A program made the position numbers and the translations under genes. Positions 1-7,442 of a stretch of 49,227 bases of DNA are shown piece by piece. Under the pieces are notes generated by a model. That model searched no databases, was not told where the DNA came from, and saw only the letters and a list, made by a program, of their open reading frames with translations. This DNA comes from a virus. Every line of letters begins with the position of its first letter. Position 1 is the first letter of the stretch. The stretch is from positions 1 through 49,227 of IMG/VR virus record IMGVR_UViG_3300045988_084225; one strand, written 5' to 3'.

Positions 1-50
1 ACCTGCTTTGGGAGCAGGGGGTCGTGGGTTCGAATCCCGTCGCCCCGACA
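1..50 (+). tRNA. Partial tRNA: 3' portion only (long variable arm, T-arm, acceptor 3' strand); candidate attP core, not a functional tRNA gene
   Basis: Variable-arm hairpin CCTGC/GCAGG, T-arm GTGGG-TTCGAAT-CCCGT, then CGCCCCG-A. No matching 5' acceptor, D-arm or anticodon arm lies upstream of the second copy at 49087. Confidence 0.55.
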
Positions 51-59
51 ACGATTAGA

Positions 60-106
60 AACCGCTGATAATCAACAATTTCTGTTGGTTGTTGGCGGTT
101 CTTTTT
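60..106 (+). terminator. Long hairpin plus T-run directly after the tRNA fragment (tRNA-gene terminator carried in the att region)
   Basis: AACCGC (60..65) pairs with GCGGTT (95..100). The inner arms 66..77/83..94 pair with G-U wobbles. CTTTTT follows. Confidence 0.5.
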
Positions 107-163
107 ATGACCTTTTATGAGAAAAGAGGGCGCGTTTTTTGCCACATTCTGCAATAAATTAGC

Positions 164-171
164 TATATTTG
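164..171 (+). promoter_or_regulatory. Bacteroidota-type -7 box TATATTTG upstream of int
   Basis: Match to TAnnTTTG, 46 nt upstream of the int ATG. Confidence 0.45.
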
Positions 172-176
172 CCACA

Positions 177-198
177 AAATCCGTGAGAAATCCGTGAG
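177..198 (+). repeat. Tandem 2x AAATCCGTGAG; candidate arm-type integrase binding sites
   Basis: Two exact 11-nt copies between the -7 box and int. A third exact copy lies at 49020..49030 on the other side of the tRNA core. Confidence 0.5.
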
Positions 199-216
199 AT
201 AACTAAGAATATAAAC

Positions 217-1458
217 ATGGCAACAATCTCAACTTACCTTGACACCAGAAAAAAATCTGTAAGCGGTAAATACAGAGTGCAGATAATTGTTCGCTCAATG
301 AACTCTGCAGGTTTTATTCCTACCGAAATAGTAATAGAACCAAAAAATTGGAGCAATCATAAGATTGTAGGAACAAAACAGGATAAGCAATTGAACAGGC
401 TGCTAGATATGCAGGTCGCTGCACTTAAACTCAAATTGGCTTCATACAGCGCAACGCATAATGTAAGAACAATGAAGGGAAGTGAACTTGCTGCCGAACT
501 TTCACCAGAAACGCGCAAACGAAAAGCGAACATAAAAGACAATAATCTCATTGCAGTCTATTGGAAATCCTTTGTCGCGAAGAAGAAAAAGGTAAAGACA
601 AAAGAAACGTACATTTACACTCTTAATAGTATAGGACATTACTGCGATGCAGAGAAGTTGCGCTTCAGCGACATTACATACACTTGGCTGCAATCTTTTG
701 ATGATTGGATGGAGGATAGAGGTAATTCAGTTAATACTCGGTCGATTCATCTTCGTAACCTTCGTGCTGTTTACAACGAAGCAATTAAAGAGGAAATTAT
801 AACGCAAGAAGGTTACCCGTTCCGACAATTTAGGATAAAGACACAGCAAACTGCAAAACGTTCCTTGTCAATTGAAGAACTTCGATTATTGCGAGATTAT
901 CCATGCGAGGAACACATAAAGAAGTATGTTGATGTATTTTTCATTTCGTTCTATCTGTGCGGTATCAATATGGTCGACTTATTGCAGTTACCGAAACCAA
1001 TCCGTAATCGCATAGAATATAGAAGGAGCAAGACTGGTATTCTGTGTGAACTCACTATTCCCAATGAAGCACAAGAATTGATTAACAAGTATGCAGGTAA
1101 GGAGTTAATGCTCTGTTTTGGCGAACAATATAAGAATCACAAAGACTTCTTACACCTCATGAATGAGAATCTTCAGAAAGTCGGTGTTATGCGCTATGTC
1201 AGCGTAAGAACCAAGAATGGCGCAGTACATAAAGAGAAAAGATACACACCAATTTTCCCTCATTTAACATCATATTGGGCGCGTCACACATGGGCGACAA
1301 TCGCTGCAGAGATAGACATACCAGACGCTGTGATTGATGCAGCCCTCGGACACAAATCTCCTTATCCTATGGCTGAAATATATATAAGGAGGAATGCGAA
1401 GAAGGTGGATGCTGCTGTAAGGGCGGTGATTGATTATGTAAATTCTACTGATGTATAG
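217..1458 (+). CDS. int: Tyrosine recombinase / phage integrase
   Basis: 413 aa. The C-terminal catalytic region has HLRNLR, YWARHTWAT, ALGH and EIYIRR (R-H-R-Y type). It is adjacent to the tRNA fragment. Confidence 0.9.
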   Translation: MATISTYLDTRKKSVSGKYRVQIIVRSMNSAGFIPTEIVIEPKNWSNHKIVGTKQDKQLNRLLDMQVAALKLKLASYSATHNVRTMKGSELAAELSPETRKRKANIKDNNLIAVYWKSFVAKKKKVKTKETYIYTLNSIGHYCDAEKLRFSDITYTWLQSFDDWMEDRGNSVNTRSIHLRNLRAVYNEAIKEEIITQEGYPFRQFRIKTQQTAKRSLSIEELRLLRDYPCEEHIKKYVDVFFISFYLCGINMVDLLQLPKPIRNRIEYRRSKTGILCELTIPNEAQELINKYAGKELMLCFGEQYKNHKDFLHLMNENLQKVGVMRYVSVRTKNGAVHKEKRYTPIFPHLTSYWARHTWATIAAEIDIPDAVIDAALGHKSPYPMAEIYIRRNAKKVDAAVRAVIDYVNSTDV

Positions 1459-1484
1459 TGTATACATCATGATATGTTGTTTAC

Positions 1485-1528
1485 AAAATGGGATTATGGG
1501 ATTTTTGATTTTCCCATAATCCCATTTT
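1485..1528. terminator. Bidirectional hairpin between int and the convergent membrane-protein gene
   Basis: ATGGGATTATGGG (1488..1500) pairs with CCCATAATCCCAT (1513..1525). The stem is flanked by A-run and T-run. Confidence 0.7.
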
Positions 1529-1529
1529 A

Positions 1530-1910
1530 TTATGCGGCTTGCTCGCTAAGCACGCCAATACACTTGCCATCAGCACCGAAAAGCAGAACTATAATATAGC
1601 CTTTCTTTGCCCATACATACTTCATTCCTTTTTCGTTGTTTCGGTCTGTGATTGTGCATTCTGAGGACTTATCATAATTCCCGACAGAGGACACAATTTC
1701 ATCAATCGTCATTCCTCTCATATCGCCAAGTTCTTTAAACTTCTTCGCGAGAGCCATGCCCTCAGCAGTAATCAAACCTGCTGCAATATAGCCAAGAAGT
1801 AAACCAATAGCAAATCCTAAGAGAATACCAATAATGTCGGCATCTGTTAATACAATGCCTAATGTGACGCCAATTAACGCGCCAGCAATTGCCATGAAAT
1901 GTTTTTGCAT
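1530..1910 (-). CDS. Small membrane protein (two N-terminal TM helices plus a soluble C-terminal domain); lysogeny-module accessory gene
   Basis: 126 aa. Hydrophobic stretches AIAGALIGVTLGIVL and GILLGFAIGLLLGYIAAGLI. It lies between int and the repressor. Confidence 0.7.
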   Translation of the reverse strand: MQKHFMAIAGALIGVTLGIVLTDADIIGILLGFAIGLLLGYIAAGLITAEGMALAKKFKELGDMRGMTIDEIVSSVGNYDKSSECTITDRNNEKGMKYVWAKKGYIIVLLFGADGKCIGVLSEQAA

Positions 1911-1937
1911 GATTTTGTTGTTTATAAATAATGGTTA

Positions 1938-2720
1938 TTAATCTCCTGCCTTAATCGAATACACAACGCGATATAGTCGTATAACATCGTCTTTGGGGAT
2001 AGACTGATTCTCGAATACGCTATTTTCGTTAATGCACCTGCATTCGTAAAAATCTCCTCTATCGTAAACTCTTCTAAAGATAAAGCCTATACTATTCGTA
2101 TCAACGACCATTGCAGCTCCTTGAATAATATTAGCATTTAGTGGAAGATGCATGAGCGCAAGAATATCACCTTTATCGTAAGTAGGGAACATTGCATCTT
2201 GTCTAACCTGATAATAGAAGTCGAAATCATCGTATTGTGGGAATGCAAGAATGTGCTGCAGTCTTAACCCATCTTCCTTCACTATCTTATAGACATCTGT
2301 ATTAGGTCTTGATGCCAGTAACTTGTTAACTATCGGTCGCAGGATAACCGAATTAGCATTATCTTCAAAATTTGTTTCCTGCGTAGGTGGTGCTATGGTA
2401 ATGTTATTATTTCCACTCGCATTATCTCCGTATGAGTTATTGCTTGCTACAGTCGTAGTTCCTTGCGGTTGGGCAAGCATTTCGCCTTTGCCGTCTAATA
2501 ACCAAGATATATTAAAAATATTATCGAATGTTGTGTTTAAACGGAAAAAGAACCCATCTGTAAGGAATCCATCAATACCACGCATAGCATTAGATATATT
2601 CGGAGCTGATGTATTCATTCTATTCGCTAAATCCTTTTGTTTACTGATATATCCGTTATATCTAAGGTATTCAAAGACTTCTCGGAATCTATCTTTTCTT
2701 GTTGTTTTTTCTGTTGCCAT
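1938..2720 (-). CDS. CI-like repressor: N-terminal phage-CI HTH plus C-terminal S24 (LexA-like) fold with an apparently degenerate catalytic dyad
   Basis: 260 aa. The HTH region ends NISWLLDGKGEM. The C-terminal part has VRQDAMFPTYDKGDILAL and GFIFRRV, which align to the LexA GMSM and VKRL motifs. Confidence 0.75.
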   Translation of the reverse strand: MATEKTTRKDRFREVFEYLRYNGYISKQKDLANRMNTSAPNISNAMRGIDGFLTDGFFFRLNTTFDNIFNISWLLDGKGEMLAQPQGTTTVASNNSYGDNASGNNNITIAPPTQETNFEDNANSVILRPIVNKLLASRPNTDVYKIVKEDGLRLQHILAFPQYDDFDFYYQVRQDAMFPTYDKGDILALMHLPLNANIIQGAAMVVDTNSIGFIFRRVYDRGDFYECRCINENSVFENQSIPKDDVIRLYRVVYSIKAGD

Positions 2721-2786
2721 ATTATTAAAATATATTAAAGTTATAATTTTCTTATATTTTTATTTTGTTGCTATATATTTTTGTTA

Positions 2787-2794
2787 TATCTTTG
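2787..2794 (+). promoter_or_regulatory. -7 box TATCTTTG of the rightward early promoter
   Basis: TAnnTTTG match with TTTG about 19 nt upstream. The same 18-nt core TTGTTATATCTTTGCAAC occurs at 24.56 kb on the minus strand. Confidence 0.6.
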
Positions 2795-2841
2795 CAACGC
2801 ATTTAAGAATGAAAGTAACAACAACTTTAAAAAACTTATTG

Positions 2842-2849
2842 CAAAGATA
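2842..2849 (-). promoter_or_regulatory. -7 box TATCTTTG (minus strand) facing the repressor gene
   Basis: TTGCAAAGATA (2839..2849) is the exact inverted repeat of TATCTTTGCAA (2787..2797). Confidence 0.5.
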
Positions 2850-2880
2850 ATAAAAAAAACAACAACTTCAAAACAAAAAA

Positions 2881-3042
2881 ATGGTAGCAATTGAAATTCA
2901 TTGGGACAAGAAAGACGTTAAACCGTTCTATGAGCAGTTTGAGACATACGAACGTGCTTGGAAAGAGTTTGAATATCAATGCGACAAGCGTTATCAGTAT
3001 GACATCAATCCAGTAAAAGTTGAAATTAGAAAATGCCCATGA
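2881..3042 (+). CDS. Small hypothetical protein (53 aa), first ORF of the early operon
   Basis: ATG-to-TGA ORF (MVAIEIHWDKKDVKPFYEQFETYERAW...). It is below the ORF-track cutoff and follows an A-rich leader. Confidence 0.4.
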   Translation: MVAIEIHWDKKDVKPFYEQFETYERAWKEFEYQCDKRYQYDINPVKVEIRKCP

Positions 3043-3126
3043 GGTATACAGCGGTATATCTAACTTCGAAGCGCACAAGCAGGCTTAGGAAGTTGTAGGG
3101 CTGACAGCTCGGAAAGACGAGCATAC

Positions 3127-3268
3127 AGCGAGTATAGGCGGTTAAATGGATAGACCGCAGGAAAATAGCACAACTCGAAGAAATAGACTTGATGAGTGGG
3201 ATTGTCAGTTGATTCGGGTTTTTCGTGAAAGCCTAGGACATTAGAAGGTTCGATTCCTTCACTCGCTT
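3127..3268 (+). ncRNA. Candidate tRNA-like structured element (acceptor-like helix plus T-arm); not a canonical tRNA
   Basis: AGCGAGT (3127..3133) pairs with ACTCGCT (3261..3267). T-arm GAAGG-TTCGATT-CCTTC at 3244..3260. D-arm-like GCGG/CCGC at 3138..3158. It lies in a 254-bp ORF-free gap. Confidence 0.25.
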
Positions 3269-3296
3269 CAATATAAACAATTAAAAATACAAAGCA

Positions 3297-3467
3297 ATGA
3301 TAAACGAACACGACAAGGCCTTAATTGAAAAGGCAAATGATGTTCCTTATACGGAGCATTGGCGAATTCGCGAAAGCGAAGCAGAAACAGAAGAAGGCAG
3401 AAAGGAACTTCACCGAATCTACATGAGGAAGTATCACGAAGAAGAGTGGTCTGCAGGAATGCTTTAA
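3297..3467 (+). CDS. Small hypothetical protein (56 aa)
   Basis: ATG-to-TAA ORF (MINEHDKALIEKANDVPYTEHWRIRESE...), below the ORF-track cutoff. Confidence 0.45.
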   Translation: MINEHDKALIEKANDVPYTEHWRIRESEAETEEGRKELHRIYMRKYHEEEWSAGML

Positions 3468-3483
3468 TAATTACAGATAATAT

Positions 3484-3696
3484 ATGGAAAAGAAAGTTTT
3501 AATGACAAGTCACGAAAGAAAAATTGCCGAGAGAAACTCACGATTCATTAATCAATATAAGCACATGAAGTCGGAGTTTGGAAATGTATCAAACTGGAGA
3601 ATCATACAAGCAATTGCACAGCAAGAGAATACGAGTGGGCAGACAGTCCGCAAGGTACTTCTTGACAAGGGAATAATAAGCAAACGGATTCGATAA
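3484..3696 (+). CDS. Small putative DNA-binding protein
   Basis: 70 aa. HTH-like segment TSGQTVRKVLLDKGII. Confidence 0.55.
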   Translation: MEKKVLMTSHERKIAERNSRFINQYKHMKSEFGNVSNWRIIQAIAQQENTSGQTVRKVLLDKGIISKRIR

Positions 3697-3716
3697 TAAC
3701 TAAAGCGAATAAAACG

Positions 3717-3947
3717 ATGAAAGCGATTAAATGGTTGAATATGAGCATTGTCATCGCATTATGCGTATGCTCAATGATTATGATGTGCGTAAATACTGAA
3801 TCAGCGTTCAGTTGGTGCGATGTGCTGCAAGTTCTTGGATTCTCTCTTATGATGCTTGCATTCGTGCTATTCGCAATAATGTACAAGAATAAGATTCTCC
3901 CGAAATCCATAGAAAAATTGCTTGATGATATAATGAAGGAGGATTGA
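3717..3947 (+). CDS. Small membrane protein (two TM helices)
   Basis: 76 aa. Hydrophobic stretches SIVIALCVCSMIMMCV and VLGFSLMMLAFVLFAIM. Confidence 0.6.
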   Translation: MKAIKWLNMSIVIALCVCSMIMMCVNTESAFSWCDVLQVLGFSLMMLAFVLFAIMYKNKILPKSIEKLLDDIMKED

Positions 3948-3949
3948 TT

Positions 3950-4156
3950 ATGGCAATGACAACCGAAGAACCAAAAGTTCGTCCAGATGGCCGTTATAGT
4001 GTGAAAGAAACGTGTCAAGCGCTCGGAATAAGCAGGGAAACATTGCGAAGGTACACGAACGCAGGTGCTATTATAGTGAAACACAGACGCGTAAATATGA
4101 GACCTTTCTATACTGGAGCTAATATACTTTCTCTATGGCGAGCAATAATGGTGTAA
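3950..4156 (+). CDS. Excisionase-family / MerR-like HTH DNA-binding protein
   Basis: YSVKETCQALGISRETLRRYTNAGAI followed by FYTGANI. ATG at 3950 is preceded by GAAGGAGGA. The ORF-track start at 3944 is TTG. Confidence 0.65.
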   Translation: MAMTTEEPKVRPDGRYSVKETCQALGISRETLRRYTNAGAIIVKHRRVNMRPFYTGANILSLWRAIMV

Positions 4157-4187
4157 AATACATATAAACAATTAAACTCAACAAACA

Positions 4188-5063
4188 ATGGAAACACAGC
4201 AAAACAATGTGGTAGCACTTACACAACAAGAGCAAGAGATTAAAATTATACAACTCAAGCGTCAAGCCGAGTTTGACCTCACACCGATTGGTCAGCAAGT
4301 TAAGCAGTTCGAAGCTACACAACGCATAGCAATGATGTACGCGATGTCAAACTTCATACCAGACAGCTACAAATACAGAAATGGGCAACCACTTGACCAG
4401 AATGTTGTATTAGCAAACTGCACAATTGCATTGGAGATGGCAACGCGAATGCAAGCTAATCCACTTATGGTAATGCAGAATCTCTACATTGTTCACGGAC
4501 AACCAGCATTCAGCAGCAAATTCCTTATAGCTTGTATCAATGCAAGCAAGCGATTCTCTCCGCTCCGCTATGAGTTCAAGGGCGAAGAAGGTACTGACGA
4601 ATATGCTTGTCGTGCGATAGCATACGAAGCAAACGACACGAAGCACAAAGAACCTCTAGAAGGTGATTGGATAAGCATTTGCATGGCCAAAGCTGAAGGC
4701 TGGATGAGTAAGAAAGGCTCAAAATGGTCTACCATGCCCAATCAAATGCTTCGATATCGTGCTGCTGCATTTTGGCAGCGTACCTACTGCCCCGAAATCA
4801 GCATGGGATTGCTTACCGCAGAGGAAGCGCAAGACGCATTCGCACAATCTTACGAGGAAGTTAAGCAACCATCGGCAACAACTGCAATCCCTACGGATGA
4901 ACTTGGTAGACCTTCGCTCGCAAGCGTTGCAGCGCAAGCAGCACAAGATGTAGTTGTCGAAGCTGATAATGCGCAAGAGCAAAAAGAAGAACAAGCGCAA
5001 GAAGAAGCAACTGCAAAAGAAGAATCTGAGCAAGAACCGAAGAAACGTCCATCACTTCTTTAA
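4188..5063 (+). CDS. recT: RecT-family single-strand annealing protein
   Basis: 291 aa. NCTIALEMATRMQANPLMVMQNLYIVHGQPAF and MPNQMLRYRAAAFWQR resemble RecT. An acidic C-terminal tail is present, and the gene is paired with the downstream exonuclease. Confidence 0.7.
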   Translation: METQQNNVVALTQQEQEIKIIQLKRQAEFDLTPIGQQVKQFEATQRIAMMYAMSNFIPDSYKYRNGQPLDQNVVLANCTIALEMATRMQANPLMVMQNLYIVHGQPAFSSKFLIACINASKRFSPLRYEFKGEEGTDEYACRAIAYEANDTKHKEPLEGDWISICMAKAEGWMSKKGSKWSTMPNQMLRYRAAAFWQRTYCPEISMGLLTAEEAQDAFAQSYEEVKQPSATTAIPTDELGRPSLASVAAQAAQDVVVEADNAQEQKEEQAQEEATAKEESEQEPKKRPSLL

Positions 5064-5074
5064 AATATAATATT

Positions 5075-5911
5075 ATGTACGACAATCACAACCAAAACAA
5101 TCTTGAATGGTTTCGCGCTCGTTTGGGCAACATTACTGGTAGTGCTGTAGGTAACATTATGGGCACTCCGCGTAGCAAGAGCGACAAGTGGACTGCAACG
5201 GCTCTAAACTATCTTAATCAAGTTGCATTTGAGCGCACAATGAACCCTATAGTTGTAAATAATGATGAATTGTTCGCTCAATACATAACCCTTACGGACG
5301 TGAAGAGCAAAGCAATTCAGTGGGGACACCAAATGGAAGGCGAAGCAGCACACTTATTCGCAAGAGAATACCACAAGTACTTTGCTAAGAATGGTCAGGA
5401 ATTTACGCTTGACCTTGAAGAACCTTCGTCAGTAAGATGTATAGACTTGCCACACTTTGCAAGCAGCCCCGACCGCATGTTCTACGACCCAGAAACTGGG
5501 GAAGAATGCTGTGTTGAAATTAAATGTCCGCAAGCAGCTTCATTCGCTAAGTTTGTTAATAATGTATTCACTAATAACACAAAGGGAGAAATGCTTGAGG
5601 GGTTAAAGAAGACTGATTCAAACTACTATTGGCAATGCTACGCGCACATGCTTGCTACTGGCGCAAGTAAGACATACTTTGTAATCTACAACCCATTCCA
5701 AATCAACCCGATGTTCATTCTCGAGATAGAACGTGACGAAGATATTCTAAACGAAATGAGAGAGAAGATTACGGCTGCTGATGAGTATATCACAATGCTT
5801 GTAGCAGGTTTGTGGGCACGGCAAAAAGAAATCCGTATAACGCTAAAACGACAGCAAAGCTTGTTAACAAAATTAACCAACAAAATTGACAAGATAAAAC
5901 AACCCAAATAA
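5075..5911 (+). CDS. YqaJ-like (lambda Exo-type PD-(D/E)XK) recombination exonuclease
   Basis: N-terminal EWFRARLGNITGSAVGNIMG. SPDRMF and VEIKCP match the D...ExK motif. Confidence 0.75.
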   Translation: MYDNHNQNNLEWFRARLGNITGSAVGNIMGTPRSKSDKWTATALNYLNQVAFERTMNPIVVNNDELFAQYITLTDVKSKAIQWGHQMEGEAAHLFAREYHKYFAKNGQEFTLDLEEPSSVRCIDLPHFASSPDRMFYDPETGEECCVEIKCPQAASFAKFVNNVFTNNTKGEMLEGLKKTDSNYYWQCYAHMLATGASKTYFVIYNPFQINPMFILEIERDEDILNEMREKITAADEYITMLVAGLWARQKEIRITLKRQQSLLTKLTNKIDKIKQPK

Positions 5912-5943
5912 CCCAGTGGTTTTACAACTAAAAACTATTAAGA

Positions 5944-6810
5944 ATGAAAGAGCAATCGTTTCTATTTTATCAAAGGTGGCGCGAGCAAATGAAGCGTTTG
6001 CCCGACAATGAGCGATTGCAGATTTACGATGCGATTTGCGACTATGCCTTTGAAAATAAAGAATCCAATCTTGCATACTATCTTGAAAGCATTCTTGACA
6101 ATATTCGCTTGACTATCAACGAGAATCGCGCAAAACAAGAAGCGTTTATTAAATTGCAAAAAGAGAAAGGTCGAAAAAGTGCAGAATCAAGGAAAAAAAA
6201 GAATTTAACCGCGGTTAATATCGGTTCAACCGAAACAACCAATAATAAAAATAAAAATAAAAAAGAAAATAATATATCTTCTTCTGAAGAAGAAGCTATG
6301 TCAGCGGAAACCGCTGACCCTGAAACTGAATCTGACGGAAAAATCCTAATCGTAAAGTCTGATGAAGAAAAAGAGGATAGGGAATACTGCAACAAGGTAG
6401 CGAAATACTTCAACGAGCAGATGCAAGGCAAGCAGGTGAAGCAAATCATGAAGCTTAGTCAGAAGAGAAAATCTCACATTATTGCAAGGACAAAAGAGTT
6501 CGGCAAACAGGCTGTTGCGATAGTAATACAGAAGACAGCAGCAAGCAAATTCCTTAACGGAGATAACAGTAGAGGCTTTTTAGCAAGTTTCGATTGGATT
6601 TTTAGACCTAACAATTTTACGAAAATCTATGAAGGCAACTATGACGATAGAACAAGCTTACAACATCAGCAATACACGGCATCAACAAGCGCTCGCGAGC
6701 AGCGAGACGCAGAATGGAATGCTTATGCAGCGCAAAAACTCTACGGAGCTGACAACGAATCAAAAACGTTACCTCGAATGCTACGAGACAGCGGAGTGTC
6801 TGATGTCTGA
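5944..6810 (+). CDS. Conserved early/replication-module protein; candidate initiator or replisome organiser
   Basis: 288 aa. N-terminal FLFYQRWREQMKRLPDNERLQIYDAICDYAF, a central K/N/E low-complexity linker, and a basic C-terminal domain. Confidence 0.6.
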   Translation: MKEQSFLFYQRWREQMKRLPDNERLQIYDAICDYAFENKESNLAYYLESILDNIRLTINENRAKQEAFIKLQKEKGRKSAESRKKKNLTAVNIGSTETTNNKNKNKKENNISSSEEEAMSAETADPETESDGKILIVKSDEEKEDREYCNKVAKYFNEQMQGKQVKQIMKLSQKRKSHIIARTKEFGKQAVAIVIQKTAASKFLNGDNSRGFLASFDWIFRPNNFTKIYEGNYDDRTSLQHQQYTASTSAREQRDAEWNAYAAQKLYGADNESKTLPRMLRDSGVSDV

Positions 6811-7333
6811 GTTCATCCCAGAGAATCAAGTTGAGTTCGCTAGAAACATCGAAGTTAGTTTAACTGGAGATTGCCCGACTATTGCAGATGTTAGAAACAT
6901 CTGGGGCGAGAAATATGCAGAACTTTGGCTAGCCAATCAGATTCGCAGCATCTCGGAATATGCAGGTTCTAAGGACAAACTGACAATTTATCAGACAGAA
7001 GAAGCCGCAAGGATGATTATAAGCGAGTTTTATTACTTCAAGCTTTCAGAGTTTATGCTCTTCTTCGCTTATTTCAAAGGTGGAAGATATGGTAGATTCT
7101 ACGGAGGTGTTGACCCATTGCTGATAACCGAAGCCTTGCAAAAATTCAAGAAGTGGCGAAATAGTATGCTTGACTACATTCAAGAATGCAATAAACGCAA
7201 AGAGTTGGAGCAGAGGCCAGTAAGAGACCCCGAGTGCATAACGCACGAAGAATGGCTACAATACAAGCCTTACTACGAGAAAGGTATTTCAATTGAAGAT
7301 TTTCGCAAGAATAAGGCAAAACAAAAAGTTTAA
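6803..7333 (+). CDS. Hypothetical early protein
   Basis: In-frame ATG at 6803 overlaps the upstream stop (ATGTCTGA). The ORF-track start at 6629 would overlap the upstream gene by 180 nt. Confidence 0.6.
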   Translation: MSEFIPENQVEFARNIEVSLTGDCPTIADVRNIWGEKYAELWLANQIRSISEYAGSKDKLTIYQTEEAARMIISEFYYFKLSEFMLFFAYFKGGRYGRFYGGVDPLLITEALQKFKKWRNSMLDYIQECNKRKELEQRPVRDPECITHEEWLQYKPYYEKGISIEDFRKNKAKQKV

Positions 7334-7442
7334 GGTATATCGACATACGAGAATGTTGTATAATTCCTTGCTTTAATCGCGTCTAAGCGCATCAAACAGG
7401 AAAGACGTATACTTTTACGCAAAAAGAAAAATAAACGCCCAC

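Larger units (their letters stand above)
1..141. repeat. Direct terminal repeat copy 1 (identical to 49087..49227)
   Basis: 141/141 identity read directly. The window begins exactly at the repeat edge. Confidence 0.95.

Noticed and set aside
357-1470. Minus-strand ORFs inside the integrase gene (357..551, 502..693, 1270..1470).
   Set aside because: They lie fully antisense to a well-supported integrase ORF. They have no independent signals and their composition is not protein-like, so they are shadow ORFs.
2323-3311. ORF-track entries 2323..2850 (+), 2836..3078 (-) and 3060..3311 (-).
   Set aside because: The first is antisense to the repressor gene. It also runs through the AT-rich promoter region and gives a hydrophobic low-complexity translation. 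The other two cross the promoter region and the tRNA-like element and conflict with the small plus-strand ORFs and the promoter layout.
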